A stretch of 33,860 nucleotides of DNA from Candidatus Kaiserbacteria bacterium (GTDB taxonomy: Bacteria; Patescibacteriota; Minisyncoccia; Phycocordibacterales; JABMNX01): assembly GCA_013204405.1 (NCBI GenBank), contig JABMNX010000033.1:1-33860 (forward strand), in the 5' to 3' direction. A program made the position numbers and the translations under genes. How positions within the stretch are numbered: position 1 is the first letter of the stretch; each line of letters opens with the position of its first letter. Of the stretch, positions 1 through 9,131 are shown one piece after another. The notes beneath the pieces are model-generated. The model was not told where the DNA came from. It saw only the letters and a program-made list of their open reading frames with translations, and made no database searches.

Positions 1-1
1 A

Positions 2-376
2 TATAGAAGTTCGTGTTACTACGAAATAAGCGCGTGGTGGAGTGCTGTGTTTAATAGAGATTATGAAAAGATAGGTGCTTTATGCGAAGAAGTTACCAAC
101 GAGGAACAACAAGAAGCGTGCTATATGGGGTTTGGTGGAGTAGCTCCTCCTTCGGCAAATTATGATGTTGATAAAACAATACACCTGTGTGAAAAAATGC
201 CAAGCTTCGATGGAGAGCTTCTGTGTCGAGCGGGGGCATCTTGGGTTTATTTTTCTATTCCAGAAAAAAGGTCACAAGCGACTCTTTTCTGTGAAGGCCT
301 CACGGAAGAGAATTCAAAGTATTGTGTACAAAAGTCAGATATTTTGGGTACTGGTGAAATTAATCTCGACATATGA
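2..376 (+). CDS. C-terminal part of a Cys-rich exported protein (5-His/Cys family paralog 1), truncated by the window start
   Basis: The frame is open back to position 2 (YRSSCYYEISAWW...). The SCY..WW..C, ACYMGFG and LCRAGA Cys spacing matches the C-termini of the downstream paralogs. Its stop overlaps the next start (ATGA, 373-376). Confidence 0.85.
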   Translation, partial: YRSSCYYEISAWWSAVFNRDYEKIGALCEEVTNEEQQEACYMGFGGVAPPSANYDVDKTIHLCEKMPSFDGELLCRAGASWVYFSIPEKRSQATLFCEGLTEENSKYCVQKSDILGTGEINLDI

Positions 377-1887
377 TACGTACAGTTCTAAAACACCCAT
401 TTTTTTATATTGTAGTTCTATTTATTATTGCTACTGGCTTAAGTACATTTGGTCACTCACTTTCTTCAGGCGGGTTTAATAAAAATCATACCCCAGAGTC
501 TTTTTCAGTTGAATTAAGGGATGGTGGTTTTTATCCATCTGAGCTTACAATTAAAGTTGGTGATAGTATTACATTTACCACAATAAGGGACAAAAACTTT
601 TGGCCAGCAAGTGACCCACATCCCACGCATGAATTCTTAGGGGGATTTGATCCTGCTAGGTCATTAGCTGCAGAAGAGGCTTGGACATATACATTTAATT
701 ATTCTGGTGTGTGGAGGTACCATGACCACCTCAATGTTTCTTTCCGGGGTAACGTAACGGTACTGGAACCATCTTCAAAGGTTTTTTTAAAAAGTACTTC
801 AAGTAAAGAAGAGTGCGATGGTCTGTGTTTTGATGAACGTATACGCGAAACTGTACGAAAAGAAGGAGTAGATGCTGCTTACGCTCTTTTCCAAGATGCG
901 TTTGTAGCAGGAACATTACCTCGAAGCTGTCATTGGACCGCTCACCAAATAGGGGAAGAAGCATACCAATTATTTAAAGATGGAAAGGAATTTCCTATAA
1001 CGGAGGCTACCTCACACTGTGGTTACGGTTTCTACCACGGGTTTTTAGAGGGGTTACTTCGTGAAAATCCAGATATTGAATATGCACTATCTTTTTGCAA
1101 GGAAGTAGAAGCACAGCTTGGTGATATGGGATTACAAAACTGTTACCATGGTATCGGACATGGGTTCACAGAAGATCCTCCGGACCCAGAGGTGTGGGGA
1201 GATTTTGAAGCGATGATTAAGCCAGGTATCAAAGTATGTGAGTTTCTTTTTGGAAAAGATTCCTTTCGCAACCTGAATTTATGTCTTACTGGTGTATTTA
1301 CTGTCCCTGCAGGATTTTCCGCCGATGGAGAATTTGGTTTATCTATTAATATTGACGACCCGTTTGCATTCTGTCGTACGCAACCGTATCGATACCACAA
1401 AGCATGTTATGGTGAGATTACCCCGAAGCTCGATGTAATACTTGATTGGGATCTTTCTGGTTTACCTAAATATCTCGATAACATAACCGACGATAAGACC
1501 AAGCGTTTAGTAGTATGGGTATTACCATCTGTGATGATGGCACGAGATATATTAAAAGATAATCATGATGACTATATAGTTGGTTGTCGTGAAAACTTTG
1601 AAGGAAGACTACAATATGTTTGCCTCGCGGGGACAGTGTTTGGTTTTTTCTCCCATGGAATACCAGGAGAAGAGTACCGTAAAGTACTTGAGTTTTGTGA
1701 ATCAGAAGCATTTCTTGGGAACGAGCGTGAGCTTTGTTATAGTGAGGCTCTGAGGCAAATGCGGGTGCAATATACACTTGAAAAAGTGATTAATATATGT
1801 GAACTTGTACCAGAGGCTTACAAGCCTCACTGTACGGAGACTTTACACACTCCACCGTATGACGACCCTTTGTTTGATAATATCTAA
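373..1887 (+). CDS. Membrane-anchored cupredoxin-like domain fused to a Cys/His-rich domain (paralog 2)
   Basis: N-terminal hydrophobic helix. Cupredoxin-like segment GFYPSELTIKVGDSITF..WPASDPHPTH..GVWRYHDHL, then CHWTAH..GFYHG..CYHGIGHG. Confidence 0.85.
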   Translation: MIRTVLKHPFFYIVVLFIIATGLSTFGHSLSSGGFNKNHTPESFSVELRDGGFYPSELTIKVGDSITFTTIRDKNFWPASDPHPTHEFLGGFDPARSLAAEEAWTYTFNYSGVWRYHDHLNVSFRGNVTVLEPSSKVFLKSTSSKEECDGLCFDERIRETVRKEGVDAAYALFQDAFVAGTLPRSCHWTAHQIGEEAYQLFKDGKEFPITEATSHCGYGFYHGFLEGLLRENPDIEYALSFCKEVEAQLGDMGLQNCYHGIGHGFTEDPPDPEVWGDFEAMIKPGIKVCEFLFGKDSFRNLNLCLTGVFTVPAGFSADGEFGLSINIDDPFAFCRTQPYRYHKACYGEITPKLDVILDWDLSGLPKYLDNITDDKTKRLVVWVLPSVMMARDILKDNHDDYIVGCRENFEGRLQYVCLAGTVFGFFSHGIPGEEYRKVLEFCESEAFLGNERELCYSEALRQMRVQYTLEKVINICELVPEAYKPHCTETLHTPPYDDPLFDNI

Positions 1888-1905
1888 GAAACCAGCACAT
1901 AACAT

Positions 1906-3408
1906 ATGGATTTTATAACAAAAAAAATAAATGTATCAAAAGCGGTTGTCGCACTTCTTTTAATAAGTATTGTAATTATTGGTTATGTACTTTATTTAAA
2001 TTCAAAAAAAGAAGGAACTCACTCTGGCGTCATTAAAGAGAATACTATTAATTTAAGTGATGAAGGCTTTTATCCACAAGAACTCACTGTATCAAAAGGC
2101 ACGACAGTCACATTTACTAATACACGCGACCATTATTTTTGGCCTGCATCAAACCTTCATCCAACACACGGTATTTACTCAGAATTTGACCCTAAAAAAC
2201 CAATTAGTCCTACAAATAGTTGGAGTTTTACTTTTATGAATGTTGGAGAGTGGGAGTTTCACGACCATCTTGCACCATATTTTACAGGGATCATAACGGT
2301 GGTGGATGGAGAAGAAACATTGGCTCAAGATAGATGTAAAGATAATAGGGGCTCTACCGAATGTTGGCAGAAACCACTTCTAAAAGCACTTGAAGAAGAC
2401 GGGCTCGAAGCCTCGCTAGATTTACTTAAGGAACTGTATAGTGATGAACCAGACTTTGATGACAACTGTCACTCAGTCACCCATAACATTGGCATTGCTG
2501 CGTACAAGAACTTTCTCAAAGACAAAGATTCTATTCTTACTCCCAAAGCTGCATATTGCGCAAGTGGATTCTATCATGGGTTTATGGAAGCGTTCTTAAG
2601 TGTCACGAGAGATGTAGAAGCAGCTCGAGAATTCTGTTTATATGTAGAGGAAAAGTTATCGGACAAATCTCCAGATGCAGGGTTTCAATGTTTCCATGGC
2701 ATAGGTCACGGGCTTATGGACTTGGCTGTCTTTACTAGTTTTGCTGACGGAGTGACTAAGGTTGATGAACACAGTTTAACAAAACCAGCCCTTGAGATGT
2801 GTGAGGTTGCTTCTGTACGTGAAGAAGAGCTCTACCGATGTACATCAGCAGTGTTTAATAGTATTGCTAACTATTATTACGAAAATGAATATGGCTTAGA
2901 GGCAGACATAAGTGATCCGCTTTGGCTTTGCAGAGAACAACCTGAAAAATATAAACAGAGCTGTTATGGTAATATGAACAGCACCCTCTCGTACGTTGCT
3001 GATAGAGATTTTTCTAGAGCCTCCTCTTTTGTAGAGAAGATGGAGGATACACAGTATGCACCAGAGACAATGCGATATCTCTCATTGACAGTTTCACTAA
3101 GTGTAAAAAATGAAGACGATGCACGTAAGGTCGTTTCTGTATGTAGGGGGTTGCGGGAATCCTTGCAAGAACCCTGCCTTTCGGGTATTGCGCACGGATT
3201 TCTTGAGCACGGCACTCCAGGTCTCGAATACCAAGATGCAATACGTTTTTGTTCATACCCCATCTTTACAGATAAAGAGAGTAGCATATGTCTCACCGCA
3301 GCTTTATCAAACCTTAGTGTGTGGTATGGGGAAGATAAGGTTAATATGATATGTAGCAATATAGAGGAAAGATATAAAAAATATTGTCGTTATACGTATG
3401 CAAATTAA
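1906..3408 (+). CDS. Membrane-anchored cupredoxin-like domain fused to a Cys/His-rich domain (paralog 3)
   Basis: Same architecture as 373-1887: GFYPQELTVSKGTTVTF..WPASNLHPTH..GEWEFHDHL, then CHSVTH..GFYHG..CFHGIGHG. Confidence 0.85.
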   Translation: MDFITKKINVSKAVVALLLISIVIIGYVLYLNSKKEGTHSGVIKENTINLSDEGFYPQELTVSKGTTVTFTNTRDHYFWPASNLHPTHGIYSEFDPKKPISPTNSWSFTFMNVGEWEFHDHLAPYFTGIITVVDGEETLAQDRCKDNRGSTECWQKPLLKALEEDGLEASLDLLKELYSDEPDFDDNCHSVTHNIGIAAYKNFLKDKDSILTPKAAYCASGFYHGFMEAFLSVTRDVEAAREFCLYVEEKLSDKSPDAGFQCFHGIGHGLMDLAVFTSFADGVTKVDEHSLTKPALEMCEVASVREEELYRCTSAVFNSIANYYYENEYGLEADISDPLWLCREQPEKYKQSCYGNMNSTLSYVADRDFSRASSFVEKMEDTQYAPETMRYLSLTVSLSVKNEDDARKVVSVCRGLRESLQEPCLSGIAHGFLEHGTPGLEYQDAIRFCSYPIFTDKESSICLTAALSNLSVWYGEDKVNMICSNIEERYKKYCRYTYAN

Positions 3409-4612
3409 GAACTTAAAATTTGGAAAGGAATCTATTTTTGTACTTCTGCTTTTACTCTTTATAGGAACTTTGTTGACTGTAGAAGAACCATTATTAGATC
3501 AAAACAAGGACCTGTTAATGGAATACAGTACTTCAATTCTTGAAATATGCGCTCAAGATGAGTACCGTCCCACATGTTACGACAGGGAGATTCCAAAACT
3601 TATGGATCAAGGTTTATCAATGGAGGAAGCATTTGATGTGACACGGTTTATTCAAGACAAGGACGAGGTGTATTTTTATTGTCACGTACTTGGTCATTAC
3701 TTAAGCGGGAAAGAAACCGCAAAAGACCCGTCAAAATGGAAGGATGTGATAATCCGTGTACCAAGTGGTGTATGTTCAAACGGAGGTATCCACGGTGCAT
3801 TTCAAGAACGTTTTCGTAGTGAATCGTTACCTGATGCAGATGTGGACGACCTAAAGCCTATTTTGGCAGATATATGTAGAAAGAGGGATGATTGGGACCC
3901 AACTCCTATGGAACAGGCAACGTGCACACATGCTATAGGGCATTTAACAATGTATGTTACAGATGCTGATATAGATAAATCAATCAAGCTATGTGACGAA
4001 GTGTCTATCAACGAAAGGGGCAGAGACTTTACACAGCTTTGCTACGACGGAGCATTTATGCAAATTTTTCAACCTCTTGACCCCGAAGACTTTGGACTTG
4101 TTGAGGACATACAGCCAACAAAAGAAGAACTCCATTCTTTCTGCTGGTCTTTTGAGGGTAGAAAACGGAGCTCATGCTGGAGCGAGGGGTGGCCCCTTGT
4201 TTCCGAGGAGATTAAAGAACCTGAAGGGGTTGTCGCGCACTGTTCACAAATGAGCAAAAATTTGCAAGAGGAAAACCGTTGTTACAGCGCTTTATTTTAT
4301 GTGCTTGGTGCTCAGTTCGGTTTTGATAAAGCGCGCGTTATAGATTTCTGTTCTCGTTTCCTAGAAGAAAGAAAGGGTCAGTGCTTTGCGAATGGAGCAT
4401 CGAGAATGATTGAGATTGATTGGAGTTATATAAATAAGGCGGTCAGTATTTGTACTGCGGCTGAAGAAAAGGGAGTAGGTGATGCTTGCTATGACGAACT
4501 TCTACTCTACTCAAGCTATAATTTCATAGTTGGTTCGGAATCTTTTCTTCAACTATGTGATGGGATGCCTGATCCATGGAGAAAGCAGTGTTTAGCACAA
4601 GATAGTCGATAG
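3398..4612 (+). CDS. Membrane-anchored Cys/His-rich protein (paralog 4, no cupredoxin)
   Basis: N-terminal TM helix; CHVLGH..GGIHG..CTHAIGH..CYDGAFMQ. Overlaps the upstream stop by 11 nt. Confidence 0.85.
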   Translation: MQIKNLKFGKESIFVLLLLLFIGTLLTVEEPLLDQNKDLLMEYSTSILEICAQDEYRPTCYDREIPKLMDQGLSMEEAFDVTRFIQDKDEVYFYCHVLGHYLSGKETAKDPSKWKDVIIRVPSGVCSNGGIHGAFQERFRSESLPDADVDDLKPILADICRKRDDWDPTPMEQATCTHAIGHLTMYVTDADIDKSIKLCDEVSINERGRDFTQLCYDGAFMQIFQPLDPEDFGLVEDIQPTKEELHSFCWSFEGRKRSSCWSEGWPLVSEEIKEPEGVVAHCSQMSKNLQEENRCYSALFYVLGAQFGFDKARVIDFCSRFLEERKGQCFANGASRMIEIDWSYINKAVSICTAAEEKGVGDACYDELLLYSSYNFIVGSESFLQLCDGMPDPWRKQCLAQDSR

Positions 4613-4643
4613 AGATATTTAAACACGTAAGATCGCTAATAAT

Positions 4644-5699
4644 GTGAATGGAATATTTAAGAGTATAGCTATAGGTATCTCCATAATATTTATTATTGTA
4701 GGATATTATGTTGTATCTACAATAGGAACAAATGAGTACAATATTCCGAGATTTGTTAAATATAAACTACAGTCTTGCAACGAGTTGGTTAGTTTAGAAA
4801 AAGATAAGTGTGTTCAAGATATCGCAGATAGAATATTGTATAAAGACGGTATCCTTTCTGCTTTTGAGTTTCTTAAAACTGCGTTTCAATACGAAAAATT
4901 TACAGCGCGTGGGTGTTTTTGGGATACAGGAGTTTTAGCTCAGTATAAAGAAGAGCTACTCAAAGAGACTACGGTAGGGGAAGTTGGATTTGAAAAAGTA
5001 TTACCAAGGGCTGTATACAACTGTTATTTTTTAATAGGAAAAATAGTAGCTGCGGAACCTCTTCTGGGGTCTAGTCCTCAAGGTATTGAAAAAATACTAG
5101 AGAATACGTTACCTCTTTGCGCTCTTATTTCGAAAGAAATACGAGAACAAAATGAGTGTGAAGAAGGTGTGTATAGTTTAGCAATAGAGCATATGGGTGA
5201 AAATAATATTCAGGACGATTTATTCTCTCTCTGTAGAAGTCAGCCTGATCAATACAAGCCTCAATGTTTTTACGAATTTGCAAGAACTGCTGATATTAAG
5301 AAGGGAGATTTTTTTAGAATGCACAGCGTTATTATGCAGGCACCTACAGAGTCTCTCAGAGAATCAGTAACAAAAGCTATAGTATCAACAGGTACGAGAG
5401 GAGAAGTAAGGAGCGATAATTTTGAAAAAACTGTGAATGGATGTCGTAGTTTTCAGACTCAAGGAGTCAGAGAGGCTTGTGTAAGAGCTCTTGTTGTGGG
5501 AGTCTGGGAAGCAAGTGATATTGGGGAGGAATACCAACAAGGGGACATATTCTGCTCAAATAATTTTTTGACGCAGGTGGAGAAGCAGAGCTGTTATAAG
5601 ACTCTTTTTGGTGAGCTTTCAGTTATTTACAGTATCCCTAAAATGCAGAAAGTGTGCAATAAATTTTCACAGGAATATCAGCACATATGCGTTCTATAA
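4644..5699 (+). CDS. Divergent Cys-rich paralog 5 that lacks the conserved histidines
   Basis: N-terminal TM helix. The Cys scaffold is retained (LCRSQPDQYKPQCF, GEEYQQGDIFCS, CY..L..C..C as in paralogs 2 and 3), but CYFLIGK replaces CxHGxGH. GTG start. Confidence 0.8.
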   Translation: MNGIFKSIAIGISIIFIIVGYYVVSTIGTNEYNIPRFVKYKLQSCNELVSLEKDKCVQDIADRILYKDGILSAFEFLKTAFQYEKFTARGCFWDTGVLAQYKEELLKETTVGEVGFEKVLPRAVYNCYFLIGKIVAAEPLLGSSPQGIEKILENTLPLCALISKEIREQNECEEGVYSLAIEHMGENNIQDDLFSLCRSQPDQYKPQCFYEFARTADIKKGDFFRMHSVIMQAPTESLRESVTKAIVSTGTRGEVRSDNFEKTVNGCRSFQTQGVREACVRALVVGVWEASDIGEEYQQGDIFCSNNFLTQVEKQSCYKTLFGELSVIYSIPKMQKVCNKFSQEYQHICVL

Positions 5700-6748
5700 A
5701 AAGATATATGATAAATTTAAAAAACAAAGAAGGTATAGTACTGTTACTTGTCAGTATAATAATTATATTTTTTTTATTTATTGTAAACTCTCCTCAAGAT
5801 TTTAAACTAGACACTAGCATTAGTGATTATTCAAAACTAGAGTCTACTTTTGAAAAACGAATGGAAGATGTTGGTGGTAAAAAACTTTTTGAAGAAATAA
5901 TTTTCTTTGCAGAACTTCTTGATCCAAGTATCAAACATCTTTACGGACACATATTTGGTAAAGTGCTTTATGAAAAGGAAGGACTCGGTTCTTTTTTAAT
6001 ATGTGACTCACGCCTACAACAAGGGTGTATCCATGAATTTATTGGTAATGCTATAGTTGATTTAGGTATTGAATCAGTGACTATCTTAAATGACACATGT
6101 TTAGGGTTACAGGGAAGACAAGAGGTTCAAGCTTGTCAGCATGGAATAGGGCATGGGCTTGTGTCTCACTTTGGATATTCAGAATCCGATCTTTTGCGCG
6201 CATTGAGTGTGTGTAGAACACTCCCCACTCATGATAGTGGCCAAATGTTCGGTTGTTACGGAGGGGTTTTTATGGAACATAATGTTAAGACAATGCTTGC
6301 TGAGGAAACAGACATCCGTCACTCAGAAGATCTTTTTGAGCCATGCCGCTCTTTAGATGATGTTTACAAATCAGCGTGTTCATTTTGGCAACCGCAGTGG
6401 TGGAGACAAGAACATTTGAGTCACTTAGACCCATTGAGTGCCTATGCCCGTATGGGTTCTTACTGCTCTGATCTCAGCAAGGAACCACATCTCATTAATG
6501 TATGCTTTTTAGGTATGGGTAATCTTTTACCTATAGATGCTAACTTAGACTCAGCGCTTGCGGTTCGTATGTGCGACGCGGGTTCAGATGTCTTTGATTA
6601 TAGAATGAGTTGTAGGAAACGTGCTGGAAGAGATTTTAGTGAAGAAAGGCATACTTCAAAACTAGAGTTAGTTTGTGCAGAAATGAGTGATACAGACTAC
6701 AGACGTTGCGTTTCTTGGCTTGAGGGCAGTGTTAATGATGCGAATTAA
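5687..6748 (+). CDS. Membrane-anchored Cys/His-rich protein (paralog 6, subfamily B)
   Basis: TM helix; HLYGHIFG..CD..GCIHE..CQHGIGHG..GCYGGVFME..WQPQWW. The start may be the second Met (5708). Confidence 0.85.
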   Translation: MRSIKRYMINLKNKEGIVLLLVSIIIIFFLFIVNSPQDFKLDTSISDYSKLESTFEKRMEDVGGKKLFEEIIFFAELLDPSIKHLYGHIFGKVLYEKEGLGSFLICDSRLQQGCIHEFIGNAIVDLGIESVTILNDTCLGLQGRQEVQACQHGIGHGLVSHFGYSESDLLRALSVCRTLPTHDSGQMFGCYGGVFMEHNVKTMLAEETDIRHSEDLFEPCRSLDDVYKSACSFWQPQWWRQEHLSHLDPLSAYARMGSYCSDLSKEPHLINVCFLGMGNLLPIDANLDSALAVRMCDAGSDVFDYRMSCRKRAGRDFSEERHTSKLELVCAEMSDTDYRRCVSWLEGSVNDAN

Positions 6749-6753
6749 AAAAT

Positions 6754-7803
6754 ATGAAAGAATTTTTAAATAAAAAGAGAGTAGTTATCGCAATGTGTAT
6801 AACAGCATTTTTCTTTTCATTAGTTTTTTTTGCTGGTTTTATTGATACTAGTTACGGTACAGATAGTATGGAAAATAAGACGCAGTCTGAAATCGAGTCG
6901 TATTGGCGTGCAAGTGTTAGTAATGTTGGTGGAGATGAGGCATACAAGAAATTTTCAAATATAGTGACTTTACTGGATATTGATACTCAGCATCGCTATG
7001 CACATATCTTTGGTGGGGTGCTGTATGAGGAAGAAGGAATAAATTCTTTTTCTGTCTGTGATTCAAATTTTTTGTATGGCTGTGTGCATGAATTTGTTGG
7101 AGAGGCTTTATTTGATTCAGGTGTTCAGATTTCAGATGACTTAAATTTTAACTGCATTGAGAAACTAGGAGAAAGTTCTCGTTTTTGTCAGCACGGGATA
7201 GGGCATGGTCTCATAGCGTACTTTGGATACTCTGAAGAATCTCTTAAGCAAGCACTTAACATCTGTGCACAATTGCCGACATTAGACGGAAACAAAATTG
7301 GAGGTTGTTATGGAGGGGTTTTTATGGAATATAATTTACAAAGTATGTTAGCTGACGATGGCAGTGTTCGTATTTCAGAAAATTATCTTGAGCCGTGCGC
7401 TAGTATAGATGATGAATACATGTCTTCTTGTATATACTGGCAGCCTCAGTGGTGGAGAAACGGCCCATTGAGCAGTTTTGGAACTGATGGTGAGGTGTTT
7501 AAAGAAATGGGAAAATACTGTTATGAAATTACAACCAAACGAAATTTAATTGATATTTGCTTCCAGGGTATAGGAAATATTATTGCTCCTGGGGTTGATT
7601 TTGATACAGATTTATCTATACATATGTGTAAAGAGGCAACCAGTTCAGAGAGAGATAATACTATCTGTCGTATTGCAGCAGCCAAACGAACTGTGGATGG
7701 CCCAGGTGCACAAGTAGCAAATCAAATATGTGTTGGTTTACTGGAGTATGATTTTAAGGATTGCTTTTCACAAGTAGAAATAAATAGTAATAATAAGAAC
7801 TAG
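6754..7803 (+). CDS. Membrane-anchored Cys/His-rich protein (paralog 7, subfamily B)
   Basis: TM helix; HRYAHIFG..GCVHE..CQHGIGHG..GCYGGVFME..WQPQWW. Confidence 0.85.
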   Translation: MKEFLNKKRVVIAMCITAFFFSLVFFAGFIDTSYGTDSMENKTQSEIESYWRASVSNVGGDEAYKKFSNIVTLLDIDTQHRYAHIFGGVLYEEEGINSFSVCDSNFLYGCVHEFVGEALFDSGVQISDDLNFNCIEKLGESSRFCQHGIGHGLIAYFGYSEESLKQALNICAQLPTLDGNKIGGCYGGVFMEYNLQSMLADDGSVRISENYLEPCASIDDEYMSSCIYWQPQWWRNGPLSSFGTDGEVFKEMGKYCYEITTKRNLIDICFQGIGNIIAPGVDFDTDLSIHMCKEATSSERDNTICRIAAAKRTVDGPGAQVANQICVGLLEYDFKDCFSQVEINSNNKN

Positions 7804-7804
7804 T

Positions 7805-8842
7805 ATGAATAAAAATATAGACACATCATATTTTTTTGTTTTACTTTTACTGTTTGTTGGTTTGTTTGCAGTGGGGTATATATATAATATTCAAAATACC
7901 GAGCGAGACAAAGAAACATTATTGTTTTCAGAGTTTCATTGGGAAGAACGTGTCACAACCGTTGGTCCAGATAGGGCATATGATGAACTTATACAGTCAG
8001 CAAAAAATCTTCCTTTGGGAAAACAGCACGAACTAGTTCATGTGTTTGGAGCAGCACTATATAATGGGAAAGATTTAAATCTTCTTCTTGTATGTGATGA
8101 ACAGTTTTTGTATGGGTGCTTTCATGAATTTATTGGCAGTACTATTGCTGAACATGGTCTCCATGTTATAGAAGAGATAGATGCTATATGTAGTAAAGCG
8201 GAAGGTGGTAACAAAACTGTATGCCATCACGGAGTTGGGCACGGTATTCAAACCTATTTGGGCTATAAAGAAGAAGACTTAGTTTCTGCGTTGAAGGTCT
8301 GTGATGGTTTTCCTTTAAGTGACCCAATAGGCGGGTGTTACGGAGGGGTTTTTATGGAATATAACTTACGTACCATGCTGGGAGGTGACGATGAGATACG
8401 TTCGTTGACGGAGAATATATTATCTCCCTGTGACCATATTGAAGAGAAGTATCAAGCGTCATGTATGTTCAGGCTGCCACAATGGTGGAGACATCACCTA
8501 TCCGAGAATGTTTCTAAGGAAATAACATCACAGTTGGGTGAAATGTGCTCTACGGCGATTTTACCCAATATGGTGTCACCATGTTTTCAAGGTATAGGAA
8601 ATATTGTTGCGGTAAATGTTAATTTTGATATGGCTCAAATAATTCCCCTATGTGATGCTAGTACGTCAGATTTAGATTACACAGTAGCATGTAGAATACA
8701 GGCTCTTGTCACCAAAGGTTTTGCCAGTGGAATTTCTGTTCAAGATACTTCTAGGGTATGTCGGGCACTGCCTTTAGAAAACAAAAAAACCTGCGAGACG
8801 CAGGTTAACATAGTTGTCACTAGTTTAAAAGACCCTAAGTAA
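7805..8842 (+). CDS. Membrane-anchored Cys/His-rich protein (paralog 8, subfamily B)
   Basis: TM helix; HELVHVFG..GCFHE..CHHGVGHG..GCYGGVFME..LPQWW. Confidence 0.85.
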   Translation: MNKNIDTSYFFVLLLLFVGLFAVGYIYNIQNTERDKETLLFSEFHWEERVTTVGPDRAYDELIQSAKNLPLGKQHELVHVFGAALYNGKDLNLLLVCDEQFLYGCFHEFIGSTIAEHGLHVIEEIDAICSKAEGGNKTVCHHGVGHGIQTYLGYKEEDLVSALKVCDGFPLSDPIGGCYGGVFMEYNLRTMLGGDDEIRSLTENILSPCDHIEEKYQASCMFRLPQWWRHHLSENVSKEITSQLGEMCSTAILPNMVSPCFQGIGNIVAVNVNFDMAQIIPLCDASTSDLDYTVACRIQALVTKGFASGISVQDTSRVCRALPLENKKTCETQVNIVVTSLKDPK

Positions 8843-8861
8843 CCGACTGTTTCTGTGTGTT

Positions 8862-9083
8862 TTAAAAAAAACCACCGCACCCTACAAAATATACATTATC
8901 TTTTGCTGCTTCATCTGATACTGATACTTCTGAAGTACATTGTTTAGATGCCACTGTATTACTAGAAAGTCCTAATAGTGTATTAGGGGAATTTTTCACA
9001 AAAACAATAATGGCAACAGTAGTTATGACTACCGTAACGATAATCGCAGTTATAAGCTGTTTTGCTGAGTAACTAGTATTCAT
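8862..9083 (-). CDS. Small membrane-anchored peptide A ending in YFVGCGGFF (candidate precursor/substrate peptide), 73 aa
   Basis: TM helix, then a Ser/Thr-rich linker, then a C-terminal motif shared with 16464-16682. Start placed at ATG 9083 because an extended -10 ends 6 nt upstream; 9089 is the alternative. Confidence 0.85.
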   Translation of the reverse strand: MNTSYSAKQLITAIIVTVVITTVAIIVFVKNSPNTLLGLSSNTVASKQCTSEVSVSDEAAKDNVYFVGCGGFF

Positions 9084-9089
9084 AAACAT

Positions 9090-9098
9090 ATTGTAGCA
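9090..9098 (-). promoter_or_regulatory. Extended -10 element (TGCTACAAT) for peptide A; leaderless spacing
   Basis: TGn-TAnnnT match 6 nt upstream of ATG 9083. Confidence 0.55.
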
Positions 9099-9131
9099 TA
9101 TAAAATATTAAAATAGTAAATTATCCACATA

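Noticed and set aside
8843-8861. Rho-independent terminators between convergent genes (also 16416-16463, 20275-20312, 29962-29982)
   Set aside because: No convincing GC-rich hairpin with a U-tract could be identified by eye.
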